A stretch of 63,986 nt of DNA, filler included, from Basidiobolus ranarum (GCA_040143965.1; 3 parts of 3 records of this genome joined end to end with filler, not necessarily neighbours in it), one strand, 5' to 3'. Shown: positions 1 to 12,277, numbered from the whole stretch's first letter. Made by a program: numbers and translations. Notes: a model not told the origin generated them from the sequence alone.

Positions 1-540
1 GGTAGTCGATTCTGAGGCACGAGAAGAGAATGGCAGTATTTCAGGGAGCCAAAGCTACGCCATCATGCCGAAGCTTGCTCGCAGTGATGAGGTGATTCGT
101 CCAAAAGAAACATGATTCTTGTGAACAATGTTTAATAGATGATATCTTGTAACCATTAGTTATCACCAGTAATCATGATCAAAACCGCGGTGACAGTTTC
201 GGAGGTAGATGATGAATTAAAAACTGAATTCTCGGAGGAATGTAGTAAATTCGGCTCAGTGGTGAAGGTGTTGGTACAGCCTGAAGATGAAACACCTTCT
301 GCAGATGTTCGAATTTTCGTCCAGTTTTCCGATGGTGCAGGTATGAGAATGAAATGCTATTTTGAGTTTGAAATGCATTAGTTGAATGTTCGAAAACTAA
401 CATGAGAGGGATTTCCTTTCTTTCGAATAGCTGCTGACCAAGCTAAGCTCGGTTTAAACGGTCGATGGTTTGGTGGTAAGCAGATTCAAGTGATATCTTA
501 CGAATTTCGTACTTTTCAGGCGGGAAACTATCTTATTTGA
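1..540 (+). CDS. PUF60: 3' end of a PUF60-like splicing factor (C-terminal UHM/RRM); exons <1-91, 160-340, 431-540
   Basis: Spliced translation ...SISGSQSYAIMPKLARSDE|LSPVIMIKTAV...DDELKTEFSEECSKFGSV...VRIFVQF...|...LNGRWFGGKQI...YLI*. It has the UHM RXF motif (GRWFGG), and the upstream SISGxxxxxxMxKLxR linker resembles PUF60 more than SPF45. GT-AG introns at 92-159 and 341-430 keep the frame. Confidence 0.75.
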
Positions 541-856
541 GTCGATATCAATATATGTAAAGATTCGATTCACCCTTTGTATCTTATTCAAATAAACGAA
601 TCATAACATGTCGAGATACCGTGCGAAGAAATGTGAGCAATGCATAGTGTAATAAAGCAAGATGATGTGCCGACGTACTACTGTGCCCTGTTACTCCATT
701 ATTACCGAAACGATTTAGAGTAAGTGGATATGGATTGTTTGAAAGAATCGCGAAAGCTTAGTATTCATTATTTATTGACTGTAATGTTTCTCTATGTATC
801 ATGGTAAGAGCAATAGAATAAATAAAGGATCAATGTACCAAAGGGGCCGTATCCGC

Positions 857-1971
857 TTATTCTCTAAAATGTAGCATCCGAGTGGTTTTCATTCGTTTAA
901 CACCTTCTTTTCCGCAAACACCGTTTCTCGAGTTTGCACTTAGATGTCTCTTGAGCGCATCTTTAGTAGTCGAATTATCGGCGATTGGTTTTGAGTATTA
1001 TATATATAAATAGTGGGGTCCAGTTTAAAGAATTAAATCATTAGTCAATGTTTCAAGATAAAAGCCGTAATTAATATAGATTTACCAAGTCTAGCGAAAG
1101 ATCGATTGCATATGTGGCAAAGATATGGTTTAATTCCAAGATGAAGCCTTGCATGACGTTTCATGTCGTGAAGACGACTAAAGGATTGCCCACAGGTTTG
1201 ACAAAGAAAGGGCTTCTCGTTTGTGTGGATACGAAGATGAGACTTCAGATTATAAGGCCTCGTGAAAGTCTTCTCACATCCCTCGTACGTGCACTGGTAT
1301 GAGGGCTTCTTGGTGGATCCGGAAATCTTTCTACAAATATTGATCTTTTGAGACAGGGACTCCAGGTCCATGTTCTGGCAAGAGTATGCGCTATTCGGAA
1401 AGTCATTAGGTGGAATGGATGATGGGAAGCCATAGGGATCATCAGAAGTTTTGTTAACAACCTCAGTGAAGTGGCCAAGAAATTGAGAGTAGTTTTGTTG
1501 GCCCACTTGCTGTGTATGAGAGGTACTCTCTGCACTTGCAGCATGCGATGCCTGAAGACACTCCTGCGTATAATCGGCTGGAAAAGAGGCATATCCGTTA
1601 CTCGAAGCATATAGTAAAGAGTCCATATAGTTTGATTGGTTGATATTTAGCCCATTTTGATTCAATTCTTGCATGAACTGTTCAAACTCTCCCGATAAAG
1701 AACTATATGGACTGCTATTTATAGATGGAACTTGATGATAGTCGAATGTTAACTCGGATGCAAGGACGTGAGGGTCAAGTTCATGGGCAGAAATGGACGA
1801 ATTGCTTGTGGAACCTGGGGTAATGACCTCTTCCACTGGCCGATACCCAGAATAGCTTGACCAACCGTTGTCTGCAGCGTTGTGATCATCATAGGAGAGG
1901 GTTTTTCTTGCCATGCCTCCATGATATTTGCGGCTACTCGTGCAAACAGCGTCTTCTGAATATAGCCCCAT
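857..1971 (-). CDS. C2H2 zinc-finger transcription factor, Crz1-like fingers; intron 961-1085
   Basis: CEKTFTRPYNLKSHLRIHTNEKPFLC..C..FSRLHDMKRH..LH..KPYLC..C..SFARL|DALKRH after splicing; Ser/Gln-rich N-terminus. The start ATG could be 1971 or 1914. Confidence 0.85.
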
Positions 1972-3243
1972 GAGAAGTATCAAGGAATATTCCACTAACC
2001 AAAATCAAAAAGAACCAAGCAACGATAATCAGAAGAATACGATTCGAAATGGCGCGCTATCTCTACTGATCAGCTCTTACACTCTTAATTCTTCTTAAAT
2101 ATCCAAGCAACCTGGTCAAAGATGCTTTGGTTTGGGGAGTGGTCAATAATCCTTCTACTAAAGGCCTGGGGTCGCAATGGGCAGGTCATACCACTGATCA
2201 TTATTTATAGCTTGTGAGGATCGGATAGCTTTTGTGTGAAGTTGTAACGGTTTCAATTTGTTTCCATTTGTCAGTATCTGGTACTTTTAACTTTCTGACA
2301 TTTAAACATGGAACGAGTTTCTTAACGCTCTTCTCTGAAGCAGTATAGATGCCTATCAAAGGCTACTGCTCATTACAAATACTACGCTTGTTTCGGATTG
2401 GTTTTGTTCCGGATCTTTGCAATGCATCATATTCTGTTACAATAAATGCCCACGGATCTGAAATGCCAGCAATCTGGTGATGATTCGCGTGTCTAGCCAA
2501 CACAAATCCATATTCAAACGGATACAAGTAAACCAGGCGTTAGAGGCATGTAGTCATAAGAATCGGTAGATAAATCTCCATCAACCTCTGGATGTTTCCC
2601 AACGGTCAGCAGGATAATTGATAATAGATCAGCTGGCAACGATTACTAGCTTCGGTACTGTATCGGTAACTGTAGAACAGGAAACCTATCCGTATCCACA
2701 TCAAAGATTCGAAATACGTCATCTTGATTGGTGGCTATACAGTACTGCATGCGTGCTGATCTATTCATAGATTTTTAAGTCTAAATAGCAACATTTGCCG
2801 ATCCGAAACCATCGTCCACCACGTTAGCAACCATCAAATACAAAAATCAGATGGTCATTGAAAAATGTCAGAGCATGTATCAGTAATCTTAGTGCAGGCA
2901 AAGAGCAATATTGCTAAGTAGCAGAAATGACATTTGGTTCAACCAGCTTCAGGAACAGAACTATCAAGTCAAACATGCAAGATACTTTGAGATATCTGCA
3001 TGCATTAGGGTTTGTAACTAACTTGGATATTTTATACTAGTGGACAGAGTATGGATTCAGACTTGAACTACAGGGTAACTTGGACCACTCTAAGACTAGA
3101 GGTAAGGCACCTTGCCAATAGTCCCCAACCAATACAGAATACAATAAATGTTGAAAGCGAGAGAAAGTACTTTAATTCATAATGCAACTATTACTTGCTT
3201 CCTATGTTAAGCTCCAAGGGCTTAGTCTTACATTGCATTCATA

Positions 3244-5688
3244 CTATGGAATATAGGTGTAATTGGTAAACCCAAGAGTGTCATCAGCACTGGTAGAGAA
3301 TATAGTATCCTGCTCTGGATGAAACAACGTAGAGAGTATCACTGAATCTATTAAGTATATTAGCGCAAGTCACCAATGCTAAGATGAAAATGTTAAATAC
3401 CATGGACAGGTACAGTCTGCGCACCCTTTGCCAGGTATCTTAGATCCCTAAAAAGAGTAAGTAATCTTACAACTTGAGAAAATTGAAGTTGAGAAAGAAT
3501 AACACACCAGATATGCATTGTCCCATCTTTATCTCCACACACCACCAAGTTCCCAGTGGAATCGAAAGAGGGCTTAACGGCTTTAGGCAGTAGCTGATGT
3601 TTTGCGAACCCAAAACGTTGTGCAGAAGGTTGCTTTGTCCGATAATCACATATATTGAGCTGATTGGATTTGGTTTCCAGACTAAAAATTCGACTAGGGT
3701 GAACACAAGTTCATTTGAATTGCTGAAATGACTGTTACCATGCAAGAAATAAGTTGCCATTTCGGGGGTTGGCTGTGACATCAATGACCTATGCCTCAAA
3801 ATTCTCAAGTCAGAAAAGAATGGAAAGATAGAACATACAGTCAATTATCACCTTTCCTGAGTATTGAAATTCGCTGACAACTGATACACCATTCATTGAA
3901 TAAGCTATAAGTTTTCCATCATCTGCACCTGATAAAAGAACACCTCGACCGGGGCTGTAATAAAGGCTATTTACAGAACCTACGTGATCGTGGTGAGCGA
4001 TAGTTAAAGACCGCAGCCTTGCATCTTCTGCATAGTCTTGAGGGCTCTCAAATCTCCACAGCCTCTATGTAAGAGAGAGCATCAGTGAGTGGGGCCTCTA
4101 CACTAAGAATATAAGCTGTACTTACGACGACACCGTCTCTGCCTCCCGAACCAAAGGTAAACTCCAATTGATTTTTTGCAACAGAAGCTATGGTCGAAAC
4201 CCCCTTAAGGTTATCCTCCGCATCAAAATGTTGAACTCTAATTAAAATCTAGGAAATAATTGAGCCTCATTCTCAAGGAAAAGGAGTAGTAAGGAATACC
4301 TTTTTCTTCTCAACAGAAACAAAATGAATGAAGGATAGATACGAGCGGCCTAAATCAAATTCTTCGTAGCCAACTGCAAGAATTGATGAGCTGACAAAAC
4401 ACAGATCCTGAGGCTTTTCTTGAAGTACATTTTGAGGAATGTGTGTTACCATTCTAACCACAAAACAACGGTATTAGTTTTTGATGAGGCAACCTTTTGC
4501 TCATGAGGTAGTCTTACTCTCTGGTAGCAGTGTTCCATAACTTGACTTCACTAGTCCATGCAAACGTCGTCTTATTATCATTGTAATGAAATATATAAAC
4601 GGAATCGTGCTTACCCATTTTCTGAGCTAAGTGTTGGTACATATGCAGTAAGTATAAATTAGGTATAAAAAAATCATAAAGTACTAACCAAACAGCAATA
4701 CAGCTCACTTCTCTGTGCTTATAGTCTGAAGCTCGTCCAAACGCTGTACTTCTCATTGGAGCTTCAAAAGAGTTGGATTCAAGCTGGATTTCGTCCACTT
4801 CGATGAACTGAAGGTCACTGGAAGATTATGATTTAATTCAAAATCCACTTGAGATTTAGCTCAAGATACTACCTTATATTTGTGATGGATGTATTGATTA
4901 GTGAGCTCTTATCTTCGCGTCCAGAATGTATGGCTCCGGAATCGGTTTCCTCTAACGAAAGTTTTGAGCTCGACGTCGATCTTTTTACGTTTTTTTGCGG
5001 GGTTTCGCTAGGTAAAGCTGAATTTCCAAGTTTGCAGTTATTCTTAGAAGTAGAGGTTACTGCATTTTGGACTTCTTTCTGAGTTGAACTTGAATTTAAG
5101 GCAGCTGACGTCAAAGCAATAGCGGGGGAATTTGTACCTTTTTTCAAATGATTACAAATAATATTCACCTTGTTCTCGAGATTTTGAGACATGCTATCTA
5201 GCTTCCTTATCTCTTTTTTCATCTGAAAGAGTAAATGCAAAACATTTTCAATATAAGTGTATAAAATAGTGACTTTCTCCTCTACAAAGAACCTATACCT
5301 CTGCAACTAATTGCTTCAGCTCCACTTGTAGTTGAATTGGGTCAGATTCTCCACCTCCATCCTCGATCTGAAGCTCTTCTTCTGGCCAGTAATCCGAAGA
5401 TTCAAGCTCAACCGCTTCTAAATTCGGTAACTCTCGTGAGGTTTTTGAAAATTTCGATTGTGGTTCCAAAGTTTCTTCTTCTTCTCCTTCGCTATCTGAA
5501 ACTATTACTGTTCCTTTACGTTTAGCTTTAGTCGTTGGTACTACTACTTCGGCATTAATCTGAGCTGTTTGATTGTTGATCGATCTTCCGAGAGGTGTCA
5601 ATGTTTGAGTAGCAGGCTTGTGCGTTTTAGATCTTGCCTCTGGCTCGGGTGGAATGAGATAAACCTTTTCTTTGGAACGACGTCGCAT
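3244..5688 (-). CDS. Multi-exon WD40-repeat protein with a low-complexity, charged N-terminus
   Basis: Minus-strand exon translations give WTSEVKLWNTAT, FTFGSGGRDGVV|RLWRF, HVGSVNSLYYSPGRGVLLSGADDGKLIAY, WDLRYL and LFHPEQDTIFSTSADDTLGFTNYTYIP* (stop 3244-3246). Exact exon boundaries were not fully resolved. Confidence 0.7.
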
Positions 5689-5866
5689 GAAGTTGAGTAA
5701 AATTGAAGAGTTGTGGTAGAATTTGTAAACGAGGCTTAGCCATCGTACACTAGATAATGGGATCAGGATTGAGTATACTAAATTACTTGAATCATCAATA
5801 ATATATTTAACAGTTCAGTGACCGAATCACCCAATCGCTGTCTGAAATTCATCACCTTTTTAGATA

Positions 5867-6853
5867 CAGGGTTTTAACCAAAAATTAGAAGATTGCAAAA
5901 AATAATTAGACAACCATAGAAAACCATTCTTTGCTTCTCGTCCATATTAAGTTTTGAAAAAGTATGTTTATCTTGAAGGACAGTGCGAACGCGATCAACA
6001 GATAGTTTGAAATTGCGCTTAGCTTGGGAAAGAGCAGTAGCGGGATCAGCATCAGCAAAGCTAACAGCAGCAACGCCTGCGACAACAACATCAGCAATAT
6101 TATCTTCATTAGTAACCGACTTTACTTCAGTAAGACCTTCCAGATGCTGAACTCCAGCATTTATTAACTCGAAAGGAATCGTATCTTCATTATTACAATA
6201 GTAGCTTTTTAGTGCCTTTTAAACACTGGCTTTCAGGAAGTGTCTTGCTTTCGTTTCAATTGCTTGCTGGTTTCTTGAGTATCGAAAAACAGACTTGTTT
6301 TGAGGAGTACTCGTTTCATGCATACAGTATAAAAGATCACCACGACCAGGATCGATAAGCACACACTTATCTGTAGTCTTAAGGATTTCATCTTTTGACA
6401 ACTTTTTAGCATAAGGAACACCATCATCAACAGCCTTCATTTTCTGGCGACCGCTTAAAGCACCTCTTCTGGTAGTGCTAAAGTTCTATTTGAGTATAGA
6501 CATACCGACTCCATCTATTTCAAGTCCCTTCAAACTTCATTGTCTTGGCATTTTGACTTTTAAGGGCTTTACAGTTTAGATTAACGACACTGCCCCAAAT
6601 ATCGACCTTGTTTCCAGTAAAATTGGATATGATCAATTGATTCAGAAACGAGATAGCTTAGTTAAAAAAGTTGGTTCTGTTTGATTCGCTTTATGACAAT
6701 ATAATGCATATTTCTACCAAACGTAAATTCCTCAATATATACGTCTAGTTTTACTGTTAACATTCGTCTGAATGCTTTTCTATGATTGTCTAATTTTAAT
6801 TTCAGCTTGTCTAATTATTTTTTGCAATCGTCTAATTTTAGATTCAAACCCTG
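5867..6853. mobile_element. Non-autonomous TIR DNA transposon (987 bp) carrying a Fanzor fragment
   Basis: The left end CAGGGTTTTAACCAAAAATTAGAAGATTGCAAAAAATAATTAGACAACCATAGAAAACCATTC (5867-5929) is the imperfect reverse complement of the right end (6770-6853, ending AAACCCTG). ATA lies immediately outside both ends (5864-5866, 6854-6856). Confidence 0.85.
5925..6630 (-). pseudogene. Degenerate Fanzor1 (TnpB-derived RNA-guided endonuclease) fragment including RuvC-I
   Basis: DIWGSVVNLNCKALK...KFEGT/[frameshift]LEIDGVGMSILK*...KLSKDEILKTTDKCVLIDPGRGDLLYCMHETST...FRYSRNQQAIETKARHF. It contains the DGVxxS and RuvC-I DPG motifs I recognise from zygomycete Fanzor1 proteins. One frameshift, two stops, and no RuvC-II, zinc finger or RuvC-III. 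Confidence 0.8.
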
Positions 6854-7052
6854 ATAAGCGCACCAGCCACTCATTCCACAGACGATGAGCTGATTTGGAA
6901 ATACCTCAGTATGGAAATAACCTATCAAATTAGGCCAAGATTTCATTCAAAAATATGCTTAGATGGGTGAATTTTACTTGCTTCATTGCTGACTAAAGTA
7001 TTCAAGATATTGTTGACCGAAAACAAACAAATACAAGGTAGCAACCACTACA

Positions 7053-8733
7053 CTAAGCTTGCTGTTGCAAATTATAGTAATGCTTCTCCGCCTGAGTTAT
7101 GGCAGTCATGTTGGACATCAACTTGGTCATTGTTTCTTCATGCTCCTTTTCTGGTACTGAGTCATAGACAATCCCTGCTCCTGCTTGCAAATAGGCTACA
7201 CCGTCCTTGAATACCATCGTACGAATGGAAATGCATGTATCTAGATCTCCAGAGTAACTGAAGTGGCCCACAGCACCCGCGTAAATACCACGTTTTTCTT
7301 TCTCTAACTCACCCACCAACTCGATAGCCCGAATTTTAGGTGCACCGGAAACAGTACCAGCTGGAAAAATGGATCGGAATGCGTCGAAGGGAGTTTGGTC
7401 CTCACGTAGTTCACCACTGACGTTGCTAACAATATGCATTACATGACTGTAACGCTCAATCTGCATTAAAGAATCCACTTTTACGGTCTCTGGGCGGCAT
7501 ACTCTATTGACATCATTGCGTCCAAGGTCAACTAACATAACATGCTCAGCAACCTCTTTTTCATCAGCTAATAGGTCAGCAGCCAAAGCATCATCTTCTT
7601 CTTGAGTCTTTCCACGTTTACGAGTACCAGCGATTGGATGAGTATAAACAATATTATTTTCAACTTTCACCAGCATTTCTGGGGAGGCACCCACTACATG
7701 GAAATCGTGGAAATCAAAGTAGAACATGTAAGGAGCTGGATTGACGGTACGAAGATGTCTATACGCGTTGAATGGGTGTAAAGTGGTAGGTCTGGCCAAT
7801 CTTTGTGAGGGAACCGCTTGGATAATATCCCCTTTAATGATATGCTCTTTCAGGTTTGTCACAAAATGCTCGTATCCTTCTTTGCCAACATTGGAGGTGT
7901 AACTTTGGTTCAACTTGATTGGGGGTTGCTCAGGTAATGGGATTGTGTCTTCATTCAATCGCTTCATTACCTCCGATATCTCGGCCCTAGCCTTACTATA
8001 ATGACCTTCTAATGAGTCAAGATTGTCGGCATCACACTTGATATGACTAACGATTTTAATTAAATGGTGAAGGTGATCGAAAATAACCATCGTGTCACAG
8101 AACAAAAAGATGCTTTCGGGAATTTCAAGTGTATCTTCCAAGTCTCTAGCTGTCCTAGGCTCGAAATATTTTATACAGTCATAAGAAATGTATCCGATTG
8201 CACCACCTAAAAGGAAACGAGTTAATACCTCAAGCACCAGAAGTGGATACTAGGAATAGAATTACCAGTGAAAGAAGGAAGTCCTGGAACCGAAATAAAC
8301 TTTGCGTTTTTAAGTTCATTCTCAACTGCAACTAAAGGATCTCCTTGAATCTTCTCTTTGTCACCGGTTTTAATGACCTTATGCGCATCTTTACAATGGA
8401 TAACGTTTAAACAAAGGCCGATATTTCGCAGGTAGAGTATATTACTTACCAAAACTAATGAAAGAATAACGTCCAATTTTCTCGCCACCAGTGACTGATT
8501 CTAACAAAAACGAATCAATACCGTCCCTTCTTAGCTTCAAGTAGGTGGATACTGGAGTAGACAAGTCAGCAGATAGAGCGTGGTAAACAGGGACGGTATT
8601 TCCTTTTCCTGAGGAAATCAGTTCCTTTACCTCCTCGTATGTAGGGGTGATATCAAGCTAAACATAGTCAATAGGAATGGTTAATATATCGGAGTTTCCT
8701 CAAAGTGAGAATGAAGTACGTTAATACCTGCAT
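7053..8733 (-). CDS. TRP2: Anthranilate synthase component I (multi-exon)
   Basis: [88 protein letters not shown]. The short 5' exons start with ATGCAG|GT at 8733. Confidence 0.95.
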
Positions 8734-8869
8734 ATTCTAAGTAAACAAAAATAAAGATTTAGAGAAACTACCAAGAATGAGAGGAAAATGTCGAGTTAAA
8801 GTACGAAGTCAAAATCGAGCAGGTAACTTAATTTTGGATAGATCGACAATGATGATGGAATGATATTCA

Positions 8870-8877
8870 ATGACTCA
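8870..8877. promoter_or_regulatory. Putative Gcn4/CpcA (cross-pathway control) site ATGACTCA
   Basis: ATGACTCA about 140 bp upstream of the TRP2 start; TRP2 is a classic Gcn4 target in yeast. Confidence 0.5.
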
Positions 8878-10737
8878 AGAAGCGCAGTGGGCTTCACTGC
8901 TTAATATGGTAAAGATGGATCGACGGCAGATTGCTAAATACTTCGATTGCCCAGGAACTCCATTATTCAAATCATAAATTGTGGATCACAGCATCCTAAT
9001 GTGGAGTATTTTTCCGAGGGCAGTTCTTGTTTTTAGACAACATACCTGCGATGAACTCAGCGGCGAAGAAAACCTGAAATAACTCCAGTTCTGCTGATTG
9101 TTTGAAAGCACGACTTGAACATGGTTTGGTCGCACCAAAACTGTCAAGCACAATATTAAAATCGTAGTTTTAATAATGAAAGTTGGCATTCGAATCAGTT
9201 AGCTATGATGTGGGCTCGTTCTATGGCAAATTACATAATGGAATAGAGCATTAGCCCCGTTGATAAGGGCACCAAGGTGTATTCAGTATTTTCAGAGATT
9301 CTTCAGCTCATCAAAAGGCTACAAACTGTGGTGCGCAAGCAAGTATGTATTCAACCTCAATATTGAGCAGTCTTGTTTGCTACCTGTTACGCTCGCATGG
9401 TTACACACCGCACTGAAATGGCGATCTTATAGCTAAAAGGTACTTGTACAAGCATCCACAGGTATAACGTAAAATATGTTGTCAATACGTGATTGCTGGC
9501 TCTCTAATTTTTAATAACAAACATTTCGTTTGCTCAATTCCTTCTACGTAATTGGCTGTTATCTAGATGAGAAATACAGTCATAAACGTGAGCAAATAAG
9601 CGAATGATTGAGGCAAGGTCAAATAAAATAACAGGACTCGGTCTCTACTAAGGTGAGATCTTGAACTCCGCCTTGTTCCTTACTTCTATTGAGTATGTTA
9701 CTACAGGATCAAGTGTAGTTCTACAGATGGCTTTGGTAGGGATCAACACACGTATAGTCTATGGAATAGATTCGACTAAGCAATACAAGATGTAGCGTGA
9801 GACGATTCTTCAGAGCTGTTGGAACCAATAGTAAAGCTAGTGTTAGCGCCCACTGCAATGGTAAAGGCCTGATATTACACATTACAGTTAATTATAAATG
9901 CAGTTACAGCATTGCCGGGATCGGTTTCACATGCCATTGGGCGCAGAAATCCAATGGTGGTTGGCCAATACCGCCTGGTCCTATTGCTATCTCAAAATAT
10001 ACTTCCGCATGCAATTTTACTAATAGTGAGATATCACTCTGGTGAAAATAGTGGAGTTTGGGTGGATGCCGTTATTAGCCAATCACCACCAATGCTAGTG
10101 ATCTCACGGGCAATTTGGTTAGCAGTGTTGTAGGTCAGTGGAAAGTGGAAAGTGCGTTCCTCTGGAAGAAGCATTCGATCACTGCCTTATCTAACAAACC
10201 TGAATGAGTTTCTCCTACATCACTGCTTCAAGCATCGATCTCCGGTACAACGTAGCCCTTGGGTTACATGCAACGTACTGTTACATTAAACGTTGGGGGT
10301 GCTATAGTTAAATATTTCTTACTCAGATTTGCTGTAGAATGTTGGCTGACGAATAGTAAATATTGAATGGCCATGTGGGATGTTGAAGAGCCATCACTAA
10401 CTTCGAATATCTGACTATCGTTTAGGGATATGTTATTGTTACATTCTATCCTTGAACCCGCGCAGCAATGACTGCTACGCCTGTCCAGACAACAGAGTAT
10501 TATCCCCTCCAACTCTGAACGGGCCTACACAACTAGGAAACGAAGGTTAATGATTAATCGCAATCAAGAAATTGATCTGAGCTGCGTATACAGGCGATTG
10601 AACAATCAATAAATAACACTATATAAGCAAAACTAGCAATTCACAACTCCAAGAGTAAGTTTATTTCCTTTTCAATAGTAGTCTACAAATATATATAAGA
10701 GATCTGAAGTGACTACCTGTAGAGAGGATCTCAAGTG

Positions 10738-11691
10738 TTAGACGCTGGAAGTACCTGAGATGTAAAACCATTTATCGATGGAGGAATCAATAAGAGCTGG
10801 TGGTTTACGCGAGTCTCCAGGGATATTTTTATATGCATCATGTTCAGTGGTCACTTTGTAAGGTGATCCTTCGACAGTGGTATTCTCAAGAGCCAGATCG
10901 TATAGCTCACCCTTGGGAGGGATTGAGCCAGTGATTAAGCGCTTCCAGGCTTCATGAGTCTCCAGCACAATTTCCGTGGCATACTTTTTATTCTTGGCTT
11001 CTCCAGAGAAGGCAAATTGGTTTTCAGGCTTGCCATCGGGGATTTTGTAAATACGGAACCATTCATTTGTGGCACGAATCAAGCCCGGTAGATGCTTCTC
11101 AACATCCTCGATATCATTGAGCTTGTTAGCAAGAGGATCATTGATATCTATGGCTATGATCTTCCAATCGGTTTCACCTTCATCAAGCAAAGCCATGACA
11201 CCAAGGATTTTAACTTGTTTTACCTGGCCAGTGTAGCCGACATGCTCTCCAATCTCAATAACGTCGATAGGATCATTGTCACCACGAGCCTTGGTCTCCG
11301 GATGAGATTGAGTAGGGTCTTCCCAGGTTTGAGGAAGTGCACCATAATTCCAGATGTAACCGTGATGAGGGAAACAGTTGCGGACATATCTTAACTTCCC
11401 TTTCTTGATATCTTGCTTGATGCCGTTGAAAGCTTCACCTGTAGCAATCTCAAGCTTAGCATTAGTCCAACGAGGAATCTCAACAATCATATTGTAAACA
11501 TTTTTAGTATCATTAGCGAAGAGAGGGATATCATGGAAAGGAGAGATGATTTTCCCATCCTTTTCTGTTAAAAGATAAAGTTAAACCCACAAGAACAAGT
11601 TGCACTATCTTCTCTTCGAAAACCTACCGAAATAGACACGGTGCTCAAGAGTATTAGGAGCCCCAACAATGCGGTTTTTGTATTCAGCCAT
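10738..11691 (-). CDS. IPP1: Family I inorganic pyrophosphatase; intron ~11566-11627
   Basis: [36 protein letters not shown]...[12 protein letters not shown]...[12 protein letters not shown]...DNDPIDV...DEGETDWK...YKIPDGKP. Confidence 0.97.
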
Positions 11692-12277
11692 GGCCAGTTT
11701 ATAGGAATCAAAGGAGAGCAGCGATCTCTTGAGTGAAGACTGGCTGGCATTTATAGCCACTCAGTGTTGGAACCCCAACCATTAGAAACACGTCCGGGGA
11801 CACTTTCGGGTATACATTTACAAACCAATATGCAATTTGAACCTCTCCAAGAGACGTAATCAAAAATGAACCAATCGAACCCTACTAAGAACTACTCTTT
11901 GAGTATATTACACAACAGCTAGCCCCTATTCCCATCACTGCAACTCGGGATTTGGAGGTAGGAAATCAACAAGACTGTTCACATTTAAATTGGTCTATCA
12001 ATATGACATTAACCCCTTTTCATCCAGCCCAATGACGTTCTAACAGTTTCAAATTGCAATCACAACTCTTTAGGGCAAACAAGCAATCACTGATCGAATG
12101 AAGTCAACTTTTTGCTTAATGCTTAGCTTTATTATATATTTTATTTCGTTCAATTATAGAAAGGTATGGATTCGTTTCATTGTGCTGTGATATTAAGATA
12201 ACTGGTACGATTTTTTATCAAATTTGAAATATATGTATAGTACACGCAAAAAAGTAAACATTGACCCAGCACTACAA

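Noticed and set aside
5906-6109. 67-aa hydrophobic ORF resembling a secreted or membrane peptide
   Set aside because: It is an alternative frame of the Fanzor relic running into the TIR.
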